Origin: Escherichia phage JEP4
DNA length: 39,195 bases
Sequence record: MT740315.1
Direction: 5' to 3' (one strand)
Shown here: in pieces, positions 12,002-20,034 of the stretch
How the letters are laid out: every line of letters starts with the position of its first letter
How positions within the stretch are numbered: position 1 is the stretch's first letter
Program-made: the position numbers and the translations under genes
The notes under the pieces: generated by a model
The model's database searches: none
What the model saw: the letters and a program-made list of their open reading frames with translations, nothing else
What the model was told of the DNA's origin: nothing

Positions 12002-13866
12002 TGGCTAAAGCATGGAAAGATGTTATCGCCTCTCCACAGTATCAGGCGTTAACTGAAGAACAGAAAGCACAGGCTCAAGCGCAATATTTTGATGAGGTTG
12101 TTGCCCCTAAGGCTGGTGACAAATGGGCTGAAGCAAGAGATCAGTTTTATGCAGCATACCCTCCACCTCAGCAGCAGAAAGAAGAACCATCATTGATGCA
12201 ACAAGCTGGCGATTGGCTCACTGGTGGTCAAAGTGCAGGGCAAATTGCAGAGCAGGCTGGTCGCGGTCTGGTAAACATACCATTTGACGTATTGCAGGGT
12301 GGCGCAAGTCTGATTAATGCAATCAGTCAGGGGCTTGGTGGGCCAAAAGTATTGGATGATGTTTATCGTCCAGTAGACAGACCGACAGACCCCTACGCGC
12401 AAGCTGGAGAAACAATTGGCGGGTATTTAGTTCCAGGAGTTGGAACGGCAGGAAGCATGGCTATTGGATCACTGGCAGAGGCCGCAAACCAGAAAGGTGA
12501 TTTCGCGCAAAATGCAGCCATAAATGCCGGAGTTAACCTTGCCGCTCAGGGGGTTCTTTCCGCAGCAGCAAAGGGAATAGGGCGTGGAATTACTGCTGTT
12601 CGTGGCGAAATATCACCAGCAGATCAGCAATTGCTCAAGCGTGCCGCTGCGGCAGATGTACCAGTTATGACATCGGATGTAGTTCCTCCAAAAACAAAAC
12701 TTGGCAATCAACTGCAGGGTTACTCAGAAGGAGTCATAGCTGGGACTGGACCAATGAGAGCCGCACAGCAGGATGCTAGAACCAAGCTTGTTAATCGCTT
12801 CACCGAAAAATACGGCGACTACGATCCATCTGTAGTCGTTGATAGTCTAAAGTCAGGCGTTGCAAGGGAAAAATCGTTAGCCAAGTCAAAACTAAACAAC
12901 CTGTCAGGAAGAATGGTTGGAAAGCCAGTTGATACAAGTGGCGCCATAAGAGCTATCGACGGAGCAGTAAACGAACTTGGGAAACTTAAAGGTGTTTCTG
13001 ACACCCAGACCATTTCTGCGCTTAATGATTATAAGAATGCCATTCAGGAGATAACAAATGGAGATGATGCCTTTGAGTTACTTGATAAGCTGAGAACTCA
13101 GTTCCGCATTGACGTAAAAGGCGATCGTACAGTTCTGCCATCAATGTCGCAAACAATGGTCGACAGGGTCTACAACTCGCTAACCAATAGCCTTAGTAAA
13201 TCTATAGCGAAAGGACTTAGCCCAAAAGATGCTTCAGCATGGAGAGCGGGAAAAGCTGATTATGCAAAAATGGCAACACATGCAACTCAAACGCGCCTTA
13301 AAAACGTTCTAAATAAAGGAGATTTAACTCCCGAGGCTGTAAATACCATTGTGTATGGACAATATGGGTCAGATATAGCTCGATTGTACGGGAAACTCGA
13401 TCAAAAAGGTAAAGACATGCTAAGGGCGGCATATATCAGCAAAATAGCTGACAAGGTAGGTGACAGCCCTCAGAAAATGATGACCGAGCTTGGCAAGCTG
13501 CAAAAACAAGCAAATGGTCAGGTGTTTAAAACTGTATTTGGTGGGAAGAACGGAAAAGAGATAGAGGGGATGTTATCTATTCTCGATGCTACCAAAAGAG
13601 CATCTGAGGCTAATGTTGTGACGAAGACTGGCATGACACTCGCGCCTTTGGTAAGGGTTATTGGTAACCTAAAAACCGGAGGCGCGCTATTGGCTGGGGA
13701 AACAGGGATTGGCCTTATGTCGAGGGTTTATGAAAGCCCTATGGCCAGGAATGCGCTCTTACGTCTGGCAAACACCAAAGCAGGAACGCCAGCCTATGAA
13801 AGAGCATTAAGTAACGCTGCAAATGCCATCAGACCGCTGCTTGCCACTGAGGCAACACAGCAGTGA
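12001..13866 (+). CDS. Ejection protein, gp16-like
   Basis: 621 aa; synteny; last gene of the virion block before the accessory island. Confidence 0.6.
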   Translation: MAKAWKDVIASPQYQALTEEQKAQAQAQYFDEVVAPKAGDKWAEARDQFYAAYPPPQQQKEEPSLMQQAGDWLTGGQSAGQIAEQAGRGLVNIPFDVLQGGASLINAISQGLGGPKVLDDVYRPVDRPTDPYAQAGETIGGYLVPGVGTAGSMAIGSLAEAANQKGDFAQNAAINAGVNLAAQGVLSAAAKGIGRGITAVRGEISPADQQLLKRAAAADVPVMTSDVVPPKTKLGNQLQGYSEGVIAGTGPMRAAQQDARTKLVNRFTEKYGDYDPSVVVDSLKSGVAREKSLAKSKLNNLSGRMVGKPVDTSGAIRAIDGAVNELGKLKGVSDTQTISALNDYKNAIQEITNGDDAFELLDKLRTQFRIDVKGDRTVLPSMSQTMVDRVYNSLTNSLSKSIAKGLSPKDASAWRAGKADYAKMATHATQTRLKNVLNKGDLTPEAVNTIVYGQYGSDIARLYGKLDQKGKDMLRAAYISKIADKVGDSPQKMMTELGKLQKQANGQVFKTVFGGKNGKEIEGMLSILDATKRASEANVVTKTGMTLAPLVRVIGNLKTGGALLAGETGIGLMSRVYESPMARNALLRLANTKAGTPAYERALSNAANAIRPLLATEATQQ

Positions 13867-13883
13867 CTAAATGCCATGGATGG

Positions 13884-14072
13884 TTATTTCCTTAGCACAT
13901 GAAACAATGTTTGCTTTAATTCCACCCATACAATTATGACCACTATAGACAGACAAAAGAAACTGAATGCATTGGCATCACGATCGAAACCTTCTCCGGC
14001 ACTAAATCCGTAAAAGGTCATAAAAAATATAAAAATTGCGCACTTTGCAACGTTTACAAATTTTTTCTTCAC
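13884..14072 (-). CDS. Small predicted 2-TM membrane protein (62 aa), GTG start
   Basis: GTG start preceded by AAGGAGGT Shine-Dalgarno at 5-nt spacing; two hydrophobic segments (VAKCAIFIFFMTFYGF and FSFFCLSIVVIIVWV); co-oriented downstream of the CI-like gene. Confidence 0.55.
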   Translation of the reverse strand: MKKKFVNVAKCAIFIFFMTFYGFSAGEGFDRDANAFSFFCLSIVVIIVWVELKQTLFHVLRK

Positions 14073-14132
14073 ACCAACCTCCTTAGTTTTGAGCAGGATA
14101 CCAGATGATAATGTGTCGCCTCCTAAAGGATA

Positions 14133-14774
14133 TCAAAGCAACGGGATTTCAAGGTAAACTGCGGTTGCCAAAATACTAACATCTTCATTTCTAACAAGAA
14201 TATTAGGATACATTGGGTTTAGGGATACTAGGTTTGTCTCTATTTCACCAATGTAAACCTGTTTGAAGCTCAATATTTGCTCTTTATCCAATGATGCTAT
14301 TACATAATCTTTGCTTTTAGCTTTTACTAGAGGGCTGAACGTGACAACCGATCCTCTGGGAAAGCTAATACCTGAACTTGTAGTCATAGCTTCACCTTCA
14401 ATAGTCAATGCAAATGCAGAGTCACCAACATTGTATATTGCAGGATGAAATCTAGACGATGAATGTTCACCTGTGTTTAGGTAATGCATAACTTCATCTA
14501 GTTTGAGAATTGGTATTTGCTTTACCAGAACGTCAGGCATGACGTTTTTTGTTCCCGGACCCTGACCTTCACCTAGAGCTAACCACTCAGCCGTAGTACC
14601 TAATGCGTTGGCTAATGCCTGCAATACCCGAAGCCGTGGTTTAGCCTCACCACCCTCGTATGCAGCTATTTGACGTTGAACAACACCAGCTAATTTTGAC
14701 AACTGCGCCTGCGTCATACCCCTGGACTGTCTTGCCAGAGATACTCTTGATGGGAATTGATCGTCAAAATTCAT
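14133..14774 (-). CDS. CI/LexA-like repressor: HTH_XRE N-domain plus degenerate S24 peptidase-like C-domain
   Basis: N-terminal HTH (GMTQAQLSKLAGVVQRQIAAYEGG); C-domain aligns to the c2 S24 domain in this window but has GEAM where c2 has GDSM, with Lys retained (SFKQ vs TFKK). Confidence 0.8.
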   Translation of the reverse strand: MNFDDQFPSRVSLARQSRGMTQAQLSKLAGVVQRQIAAYEGGEAKPRLRVLQALANALGTTAEWLALGEGQGPGTKNVMPDVLVKQIPILKLDEVMHYLNTGEHSSSRFHPAIYNVGDSAFALTIEGEAMTTSSGISFPRGSVVTFSPLVKAKSKDYVIASLDKEQILSFKQVYIGEIETNLVSLNPMYPNILVRNEDVSILATAVYLEIPLL

Positions 14775-14795
14775 TAGTTCACCATAAAAAATTCA

Positions 14796-14824
14796 TTGAC
14801 TCATACTGAGTGTGAGTGAATAAT
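14796..14824 (+). promoter_or_regulatory. Candidate sigma70 promoter for the Arc-like/antirepressor operon
   Basis: TTGACT, 17-nt spacer, AATAAT, about 50 nt upstream of Arc-like ATG. Confidence 0.35.
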
Positions 14825-14873
14825 CAAACTACAAAAAGTGAGATTATGAGTTTTTCAAAAACAGGAGTGCATA

Positions 14874-15047
14874 ATGACTGAAAAGATATCTTCCATCAAG
14901 CCGCGTCAGGTTCGTTTTACAGAAAAGGTTGATTCACATATCCGCGAATCAGCAAAAAGATGCCATAGGTCAATTCAGGCAGAGATAGCTTATCGAATGG
15001 AGTTATTAATGAAACTTGAGGCAAAGGGCGATGTTGTCATCCAATAA
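14874..15047 (+). CDS. Arc-like ribbon-helix-helix repressor (57 aa; below ORF-track cutoff)
   Basis: Read directly: MTEKISSIKPRQVRFTEKVDSHIRESAKRCHRSIQAEIAYRMELLMKLEAKGDVVIQ; AGGAG SD 6 nt upstream of ATG; beta-strand plus two helices pattern of Arc/Mnt RHH family; first gene of operon. Confidence 0.6.
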   Translation: MTEKISSIKPRQVRFTEKVDSHIRESAKRCHRSIQAEIAYRMELLMKLEAKGDVVIQ

Positions 15048-15120
15048 AAATAGTGAAGCCCGGCAGTGCGCGAACACAAACCGGGCCTCTATGTCAGTAA
15101 CCGTACTCAAGGAAACTAAC

Positions 15121-15759
15121 ATGAATATTGTAGCAAAATCAGATTATAACTTCCAAGGATTCACTTTTAACCCTGTAACAGAGGGCGGGTCTATCTGGTT
15201 TACCTCCACCGAACTAGCTAAGGCTCTCGGCTATAAAAAAACTGATGCCATCAGCCAAATTTATGCCCGTAATGCTGACGAATTTTCCGACTCAATGTCA
15301 TTGACCCTCAATATGAAGGTCAACGGAATAAACAATAGCTTACGTAACAAATCGGTCAGAGTTTACTCACTCCGAGGCGCTCACTTGGTGGCGATGTTTG
15401 CTTCTACGCCCAAGGCCAAAGAGTTCCGCCGCTGGGTGCTGGATATTTTGGATCGGCAGGCAGAATGCTCACCGATTGCAAAACAGTTCACTGACGAAGA
15501 GCTGGTTAATCTCTGCTACTTACAATTGTGGATGGAGAAGAGTCAACAAATGTGCAAACACATCTACCCAGGAATGAAGCAAATTGGTTCTGAGCTTTCA
15601 GGAAGGATTTACGATATTGCATATGAGACTCGCTACATGTCAGAAGAAACCAAGAAATCACTTCTTCGTGAAATGAAGAATCTTGATACCAACAATTTTG
15701 TCGTAAAGAACGCTCAGCCAATGCTGGCAAAACTTCGCGGCGAGGAATGGATTCATTGA
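15121..15759 (+). CDS. Antirepressor-family protein with Bro-N domain
   Basis: Begins MNIVAKSDYNFQGFTFNPVTEGGSIWFTSTELAKALGY (Bro-N-type); AAGGA SD; ORF-track start 15016 is an upstream extension overlapping the Arc-like gene. Confidence 0.75.
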   Translation: MNIVAKSDYNFQGFTFNPVTEGGSIWFTSTELAKALGYKKTDAISQIYARNADEFSDSMSLTLNMKVNGINNSLRNKSVRVYSLRGAHLVAMFASTPKAKEFRRWVLDILDRQAECSPIAKQFTDEELVNLCYLQLWMEKSQQMCKHIYPGMKQIGSELSGRIYDIAYETRYMSEETKKSLLREMKNLDTNNFVVKNAQPMLAKLRGEEWIH

Positions 15760-15846
15760 TTGGTGCGCCGGACTGCGCAAAAGAAAACCGCCAGTGTGCT
15801 GCTGGCGGCCTATGTCACACCCTTACTACCACATAAGGAATGCCTA

Positions 15847-16572
15847 ATGACTTTTAAGAATGTAGCAAACATCGGATCCGTTGTCACGGATAAAACCATT
15901 GACAGCCAAAGTCTTCTGATGATGGTTAATGAAGCTCGCAAGTTATGTGGAGAGCCATCAGTACGTAACAACAAATTCATCGAGAAAATTGAGGATGAAT
16001 TGGAAGGCGAGACCTACACAAAAAGTGTAGGTCGGAAAAACGGGGCTGACATTGATGTTATCTCCATGACTATCAAGCAGGCGCTTCGTGTTGCTGCTCG
16101 CGAATCTAAAGCAGTTCGCCGAACACTTGTAGACAAACTTGAAAGTATGCAGGAAGCGCACATTAAAAGCGGTAAATCAGCGAGTGGACTTGTTGAGTAT
16201 CGTCAAGCGCGAACATTGAAAATGACGGTTGAAGCTGTTACCAATCTGTTCGATCTGATGCCAAATCTTGCGCCGGAGGCAAAGCAGACAGCGGCAGCAA
16301 GTATAATCAACCCGCTCGTTGGTTTTAATGCAATACCTCTTCCGGCAATAGAAGAGCATTACTACTCAGCAGGGGAGGTTGCAGAGCAGCTTGGAGTAAC
16401 GGCCAACAAGATTGGTCGCATTGCTAACGCAAACAACCTCAAAACTGAGCAGTACGGGAAGTTCTTCCTGGATAAATCTGCGCATTCCAGCAAACAGGTG
16501 GAAGCGTTCCGCTACAATGAGGAAGGTGTTAAAGCACTACAACACCTTATTCATGGGAGTAATGTTGCATAA
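15847..16572 (+). CDS. Second antirepressor-like protein (Rha/ANT-like)
   Basis: 241 aa from ATG 15847 with AAGGAA SD; N-terminus resembles the Rha-type N-domain of the 33188 gene; domain call from recalled patterns only. Confidence 0.55.
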   Translation: MTFKNVANIGSVVTDKTIDSQSLLMMVNEARKLCGEPSVRNNKFIEKIEDELEGETYTKSVGRKNGADIDVISMTIKQALRVAARESKAVRRTLVDKLESMQEAHIKSGKSASGLVEYRQARTLKMTVEAVTNLFDLMPNLAPEAKQTAAASIINPLVGFNAIPLPAIEEHYYSAGEVAEQLGVTANKIGRIANANNLKTEQYGKFFLDKSAHSSKQVEAFRYNEEGVKALQHLIHGSNVA

Positions 16573-16793
16573 TGGCAAAGAAAAAATATGGCATTATGCC
16601 GCCAAGAATCAAAGGAAGAGCCAGGGTAAAAGGCGATGCTGGAAGGTATCACATTCTTGGAGTTCTGTGGCATGAGAGAGCTTTAATTTTAAGTAGGCCT
16701 CATGGGTACATTGAAAAGGTATCTATAGATAGAGTAGAGATTCTTCCCCTTACACCTGAAGAAGAAGAAACGTACGGACTTTTTGATAACTAA
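16572..16793 (+). CDS. Hypothetical protein (73 aa), last gene of antirepressor operon
   Basis: TAATG start/stop overlap with upstream gene; followed by terminator. Confidence 0.45.
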   Translation: MAKKKYGIMPPRIKGRARVKGDAGRYHILGVLWHERALILSRPHGYIEKVSIDRVEILPLTPEEEETYGLFDN

Positions 16794-16802
16794 CCAACTA
16801 AA

Positions 16803-16824
16803 CCCGCTTAATCGCGGGTTTTTT
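16803..16824 (+). terminator. Rho-independent terminator closing the antirepressor operon
   Basis: CCCGC-ttaatc-GCGGG followed by TTTTTT; hairpin overlaps the last codons of the convergent mnt homolog. Confidence 0.6.
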
Positions 16825-17065
16825 CTTTTCTAAGGATATCAGCCGCAACTTCTTTTACTCGTTCCGAGATTAATGAGTCCAGCCTCTCTTCTTCATCACG
16901 ATACCCGCTTACAGGTGATGGTTTGGAGAGTGATTCTTCCATCGTAGCCACAATTTCGGAATTGATAGACCTGTTATTCATTTTTGCACGCTGCTTAATC
17001 TTAGCGTGCAACTCGTGCGTAAGCCTCAAGTGGAACTGCGCCTCATCGTATTTGCTGTACATCAT
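16808..17065 (-). CDS. mnt: Mnt-like RHH repressor
   Basis: RHH core FHLRLTHELHAKIKQRAKMNNRSINSEIVATMEESL and tail SKPSPVSGYRDEEERL match recalled P22 Mnt (GRSMNSELLQIVQDALSKPSPVTGYRNDAERL); start at MMYSK with GGTGAGG SD; ORF-track 17146 start is an extension. Confidence 0.8.
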   Translation of the reverse strand: MMYSKYDEAQFHLRLTHELHAKIKQRAKMNNRSINSEIVATMEESLSKPSPVSGYRDEEERLDSLISERVKEVAADILRKEKTRD

Positions 17066-17481
17066 CAATGCCTCACCAAATGGGTGGAATGGCATCGTAA
17101 AACCTACTGTACAAATCAACAATCGTACCGTTTCGGTATGTAACAAATGCTCACCGTAGCCATGCTGCGGCGATTCCTTGTATCTGGAGCAAATTAAATG
17201 ACAGATATTATAAATAGGAATTGTTATTTAATAATGTTTGAAAATAAAAATCATGGACGATAGGAATAAAGGTATTACTTGTTTTTATTTTTGTAAGTGA
17301 CGCATTAAGCGCATAAATAATATGCCTGTTGATCAAGATTCTTGAGTATTGTAAAATAATCGTTTTGTTCATGTTGCATGGTTTTTAAATGAATAGAAGG
17401 TTATTTTTCAAAACAATTGCATCTTTGTCTGCAGTCATTCCGTTTTCTTCAATATCTAAATCTTCAAACAGGATGACTAAT

Positions 17482-19539
17482 ATGCCTGATATAACCCCAA
17501 ATGTTGTAATTGGGATGCCATCGCAACTCTTCACAATGGCTAGCTCTTTTAAAACCGTAGCAAATGGAAAAATTTATATCGGTAAGATTGACACAGATCC
17601 GGTAAATCCAGAAAACCAGATTCCAGTATATCTGGAACGAGAAGATGGTACTTATGTTCAGGTGCCACAGCCAATCGTTATCAATGCTGCTGGATACCCG
17701 GTATACAACGGACAGATTTCCAAATTCGTTACCGTGCAAGGCCATTCTATGGCTGTTTACGATGCATATGGTACGCAGCAGTTCTATTTTCCGAATGTGC
17801 TGAAATACGACCCGGATCAGTTAAGACAAGAGTTAGCAACAGAGGGTAATGAAATACTTGTTGACGACTCCCGTATTGCAGTTAAAAGTGTTCATGTAAA
17901 TTCAAAACTTAGAACACAGCACAATAAAAACGCAGAAATAATCACGCCAAATGATTTTATATCAAATTATGACATGATATCTGCAGCTATTAACTCTGGA
18001 GAGAGTGCCGCAGTATTTAATTCCAGGTATGCATTCACAATAACAGTTGGGGAATATGGTAATTTTAAATCTATTAGTGATGCTCTAAACTCAGCTGTTG
18101 CACTGCGTCCACTATGGAAAAATGGCATTGATTTTTGCATAATTAAAATTCTTTCCGGTTTTGTGCTCAATGAGCAAATAGAAATTTCAGCAGGATGTGA
18201 CTTATCATGGATTAAAATAATATCAGAAGACTCAGTGGTTTTCTCTGATACCAGTTTGTTTACTAAAACTGTTAGGACGTATTACGAATACAAATATTTA
18301 TTTTACATTTGCGATGCAGCAAAAAGTCCTGTATTTGCTATTCAGATTGAAGAAAATAGAGATGATAGCGATGTTTGTGCATTTATTGTAACTCAAAAAG
18401 CTGAACTTAATTTCTATCCGTATTCAGGTGCTCGAAAGTTCTACGTTGGAATTCATGGTAGTTTTGGTGCAAAAATTAGTGCATATCATACCGGATGTGC
18501 TCCTGATGAGGAAAGTGTTGCTGCATATATGCCAGAAGGGTATTACGTATGTGATTTTTCTTATAGCAGATACTCTTCCCTGCAACTGGTAAATAATGTC
18601 AAGGCATCAATGCCTGTAAGCAAGTTTGAACGGTGCACAGAGAGTACGGTTGCGTCAGTTAATTGTATTTATAATGTTAAAGCAGATTTTCAGGGGTCAA
18701 GTGCAAGCTATTGTTATATAGGATGGAATGTAAGAGATGGTTCAAATGTTAATATACGCGACCATAAAACTATACATTGCTCATATCGTGGATTAACCTG
18801 CATTCATACAGCATATGTTGATGCAAGACGACATGACGTTGAAGAAAGTGATGCAGAAACAAGTGGTAAAGTCCTTGAACCAAATATTGAAAAAGGTTTT
18901 TATGGATGTGCACTTGGTGTGCGTATTGATGGTGCGGGTTGTGTTGATGTTGCTGGTAATGATATGCGCAATTGTGGAACAGCCGTTAATGCAGACACTG
19001 GTGCTGTTATTTCAGGAAAAGCTGTAGATATCTCAGGGGCTGAGTTGGGATTTGATTGCCATGCAGGAGCATCTGTTAATTTTCCAAGGCTATGGGGTAC
19101 AGATATAAAAAAATTAATGCACCTCCAAGATGGTGTAAGGTTTAACTCTAATATTTGTCATGTATTTGGTGCAAATCCCACAAAAGATATTAGATGGATT
19201 GATGTAGAGAGATCTGAAGCTTCTTTTATGAATGCAACGCTGGATGCAGATTCAGGATTTATTGCTGACTGTGGTAGTAGGATAACCATTGAAGGAAGTA
19301 AAGTTAAAAACCAAACAATAAGAAGTTTTTTTGGATCACATGTGGCTATAAATAATACTGTTGCTGACAGAACTTATTCAGATATAGCCGATGTTCCGCA
19401 GTTGACTATTAGTGGAGGATCTTTTATTTCTGCTACAGGATATTCTAATTCTGACTCCAGCCCTCTTAGGTTGAGCACAACACGAAATACACTTGGAGTT
19501 GGAGGAGCCATATTTTCAACCAATGGGGAAGTTTCATGA
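17482..19539 (+). CDS. Tailspike protein: P22-family head-binding N-domain plus divergent receptor-binding domain
   Basis: N-terminus MPDITPNVVIGMPSQLFTMASSFKTVANGKIYIGKIDTDPVNPENQIPVY matches the P22 gp9 head-binding domain pattern; remainder is AT-rich and unrelated to my recollection of P22 gp9; ORF-track start 17389 is an extension. Confidence 0.85.
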   Translation: MPDITPNVVIGMPSQLFTMASSFKTVANGKIYIGKIDTDPVNPENQIPVYLEREDGTYVQVPQPIVINAAGYPVYNGQISKFVTVQGHSMAVYDAYGTQQFYFPNVLKYDPDQLRQELATEGNEILVDDSRIAVKSVHVNSKLRTQHNKNAEIITPNDFISNYDMISAAINSGESAAVFNSRYAFTITVGEYGNFKSISDALNSAVALRPLWKNGIDFCIIKILSGFVLNEQIEISAGCDLSWIKIISEDSVVFSDTSLFTKTVRTYYEYKYLFYICDAAKSPVFAIQIEENRDDSDVCAFIVTQKAELNFYPYSGARKFYVGIHGSFGAKISAYHTGCAPDEESVAAYMPEGYYVCDFSYSRYSSLQLVNNVKASMPVSKFERCTESTVASVNCIYNVKADFQGSSASYCYIGWNVRDGSNVNIRDHKTIHCSYRGLTCIHTAYVDARRHDVEESDAETSGKVLEPNIEKGFYGCALGVRIDGAGCVDVAGNDMRNCGTAVNADTGAVISGKAVDISGAELGFDCHAGASVNFPRLWGTDIKKLMHLQDGVRFNSNICHVFGANPTKDIRWIDVERSEASFMNATLDADSGFIADCGSRITIEGSKVKNQTIRSFFGSHVAINNTVADRTYSDIADVPQLTISGGSFISATGYSNSDSSPLRLSTTRNTLGVGGAIFSTNGEVS

Positions 19540-19835
19540 TTAAGAGCATTGATGTCACTCCATTTCTTCACTCGCTTTGCGCTTTTGCGGCTCAGGTACT
19601 GGTTGGTATTTTTACCGGAAACTGGGCTTACGGTGCGATAGCCGGTTGTACGTTCTTCATTGCGCGTGAACACACCCAGGCAGAATATCGCTGGATAGAA
19701 AAGTTTGGGAAAGGGAAACGTGTCAACATGCCGTGGTGGGGAGGTTTTGATCCACGCGTGTGGGATGTGGGAAGTTTGTTGGATTTTTCTTTCCCAATTA
19801 TCGGATGCTTATTGGTATGGATTCTTGCATCGTAG
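19536..19835 (+). CDS. Small membrane protein (99 aa) translationally coupled to tailspike; candidate lysogenic-conversion/superinfection-exclusion moron
   Basis: ATGA overlap with tailspike stop; hydrophobic segments AFAAQVLVGIFTGNWAYGAIAGCTFFIA and FSFPIIGCLLVWILAS; followed by terminator. Confidence 0.6.
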   Translation: MIKSIDVTPFLHSLCAFAAQVLVGIFTGNWAYGAIAGCTFFIAREHTQAEYRWIEKFGKGKRVNMPWWGGFDPRVWDVGSLLDFSFPIIGCLLVWILAS

Positions 19836-19923
19836 CGAACACATAATTACCTATGAGACAAAACTGAGACACACAAAGCTTTGCACTGGATTGCAAGGCT
19901 TTGTGCTCTTCGATAGTGGTTAA

Positions 19924-19943
19924 GGTGGATCACTCCACCTTTT
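19924..19943 (+). terminator. Rho-independent terminator after tailspike-moron unit
   Basis: GGTGGA-tcac-TCCACC followed by TTTT. Confidence 0.55.
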
Positions 19944-20034
19944 CATCAATCCAGTCCGCCCACCATTGCATCATTTCTCTGCGTTTATCGAGATACTGCG
20001 CGTGGTTGTAAATTCAGCAAACGACGTAATGTGT

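Noticed and set aside
14775-14873. Possible LexA box upstream of the antirepressor operon
   Set aside because: No CTGT-N8-ACAG match found by eye; only an ACTCATA...TATGAGT inverted repeat with 40-bp spacing, so SOS control is not supported.
15016-15120. Upstream extension of the Bro-N antirepressor ORF
   Set aside because: Overlaps the 3-prime end of the Arc-like ORF in another frame; AAGGA SD precedes the ATG at 15121, where the Bro-N domain begins.
17389-17481. N-terminal extension of the tailspike ORF
   Set aside because: P22-family tailspikes begin at the M(T/P)DIT motif; the AGGA SD precedes the ATG at 17482; the extension lies in the AT-rich promoter region.
19705-19923. 72-aa plus-strand ORF overlapping the 3-prime end of the membrane-protein moron
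   Set aside because: Different frame of the same region, no RBS, ends in the terminator; the coupled 19536-19835 ORF is the better candidate.
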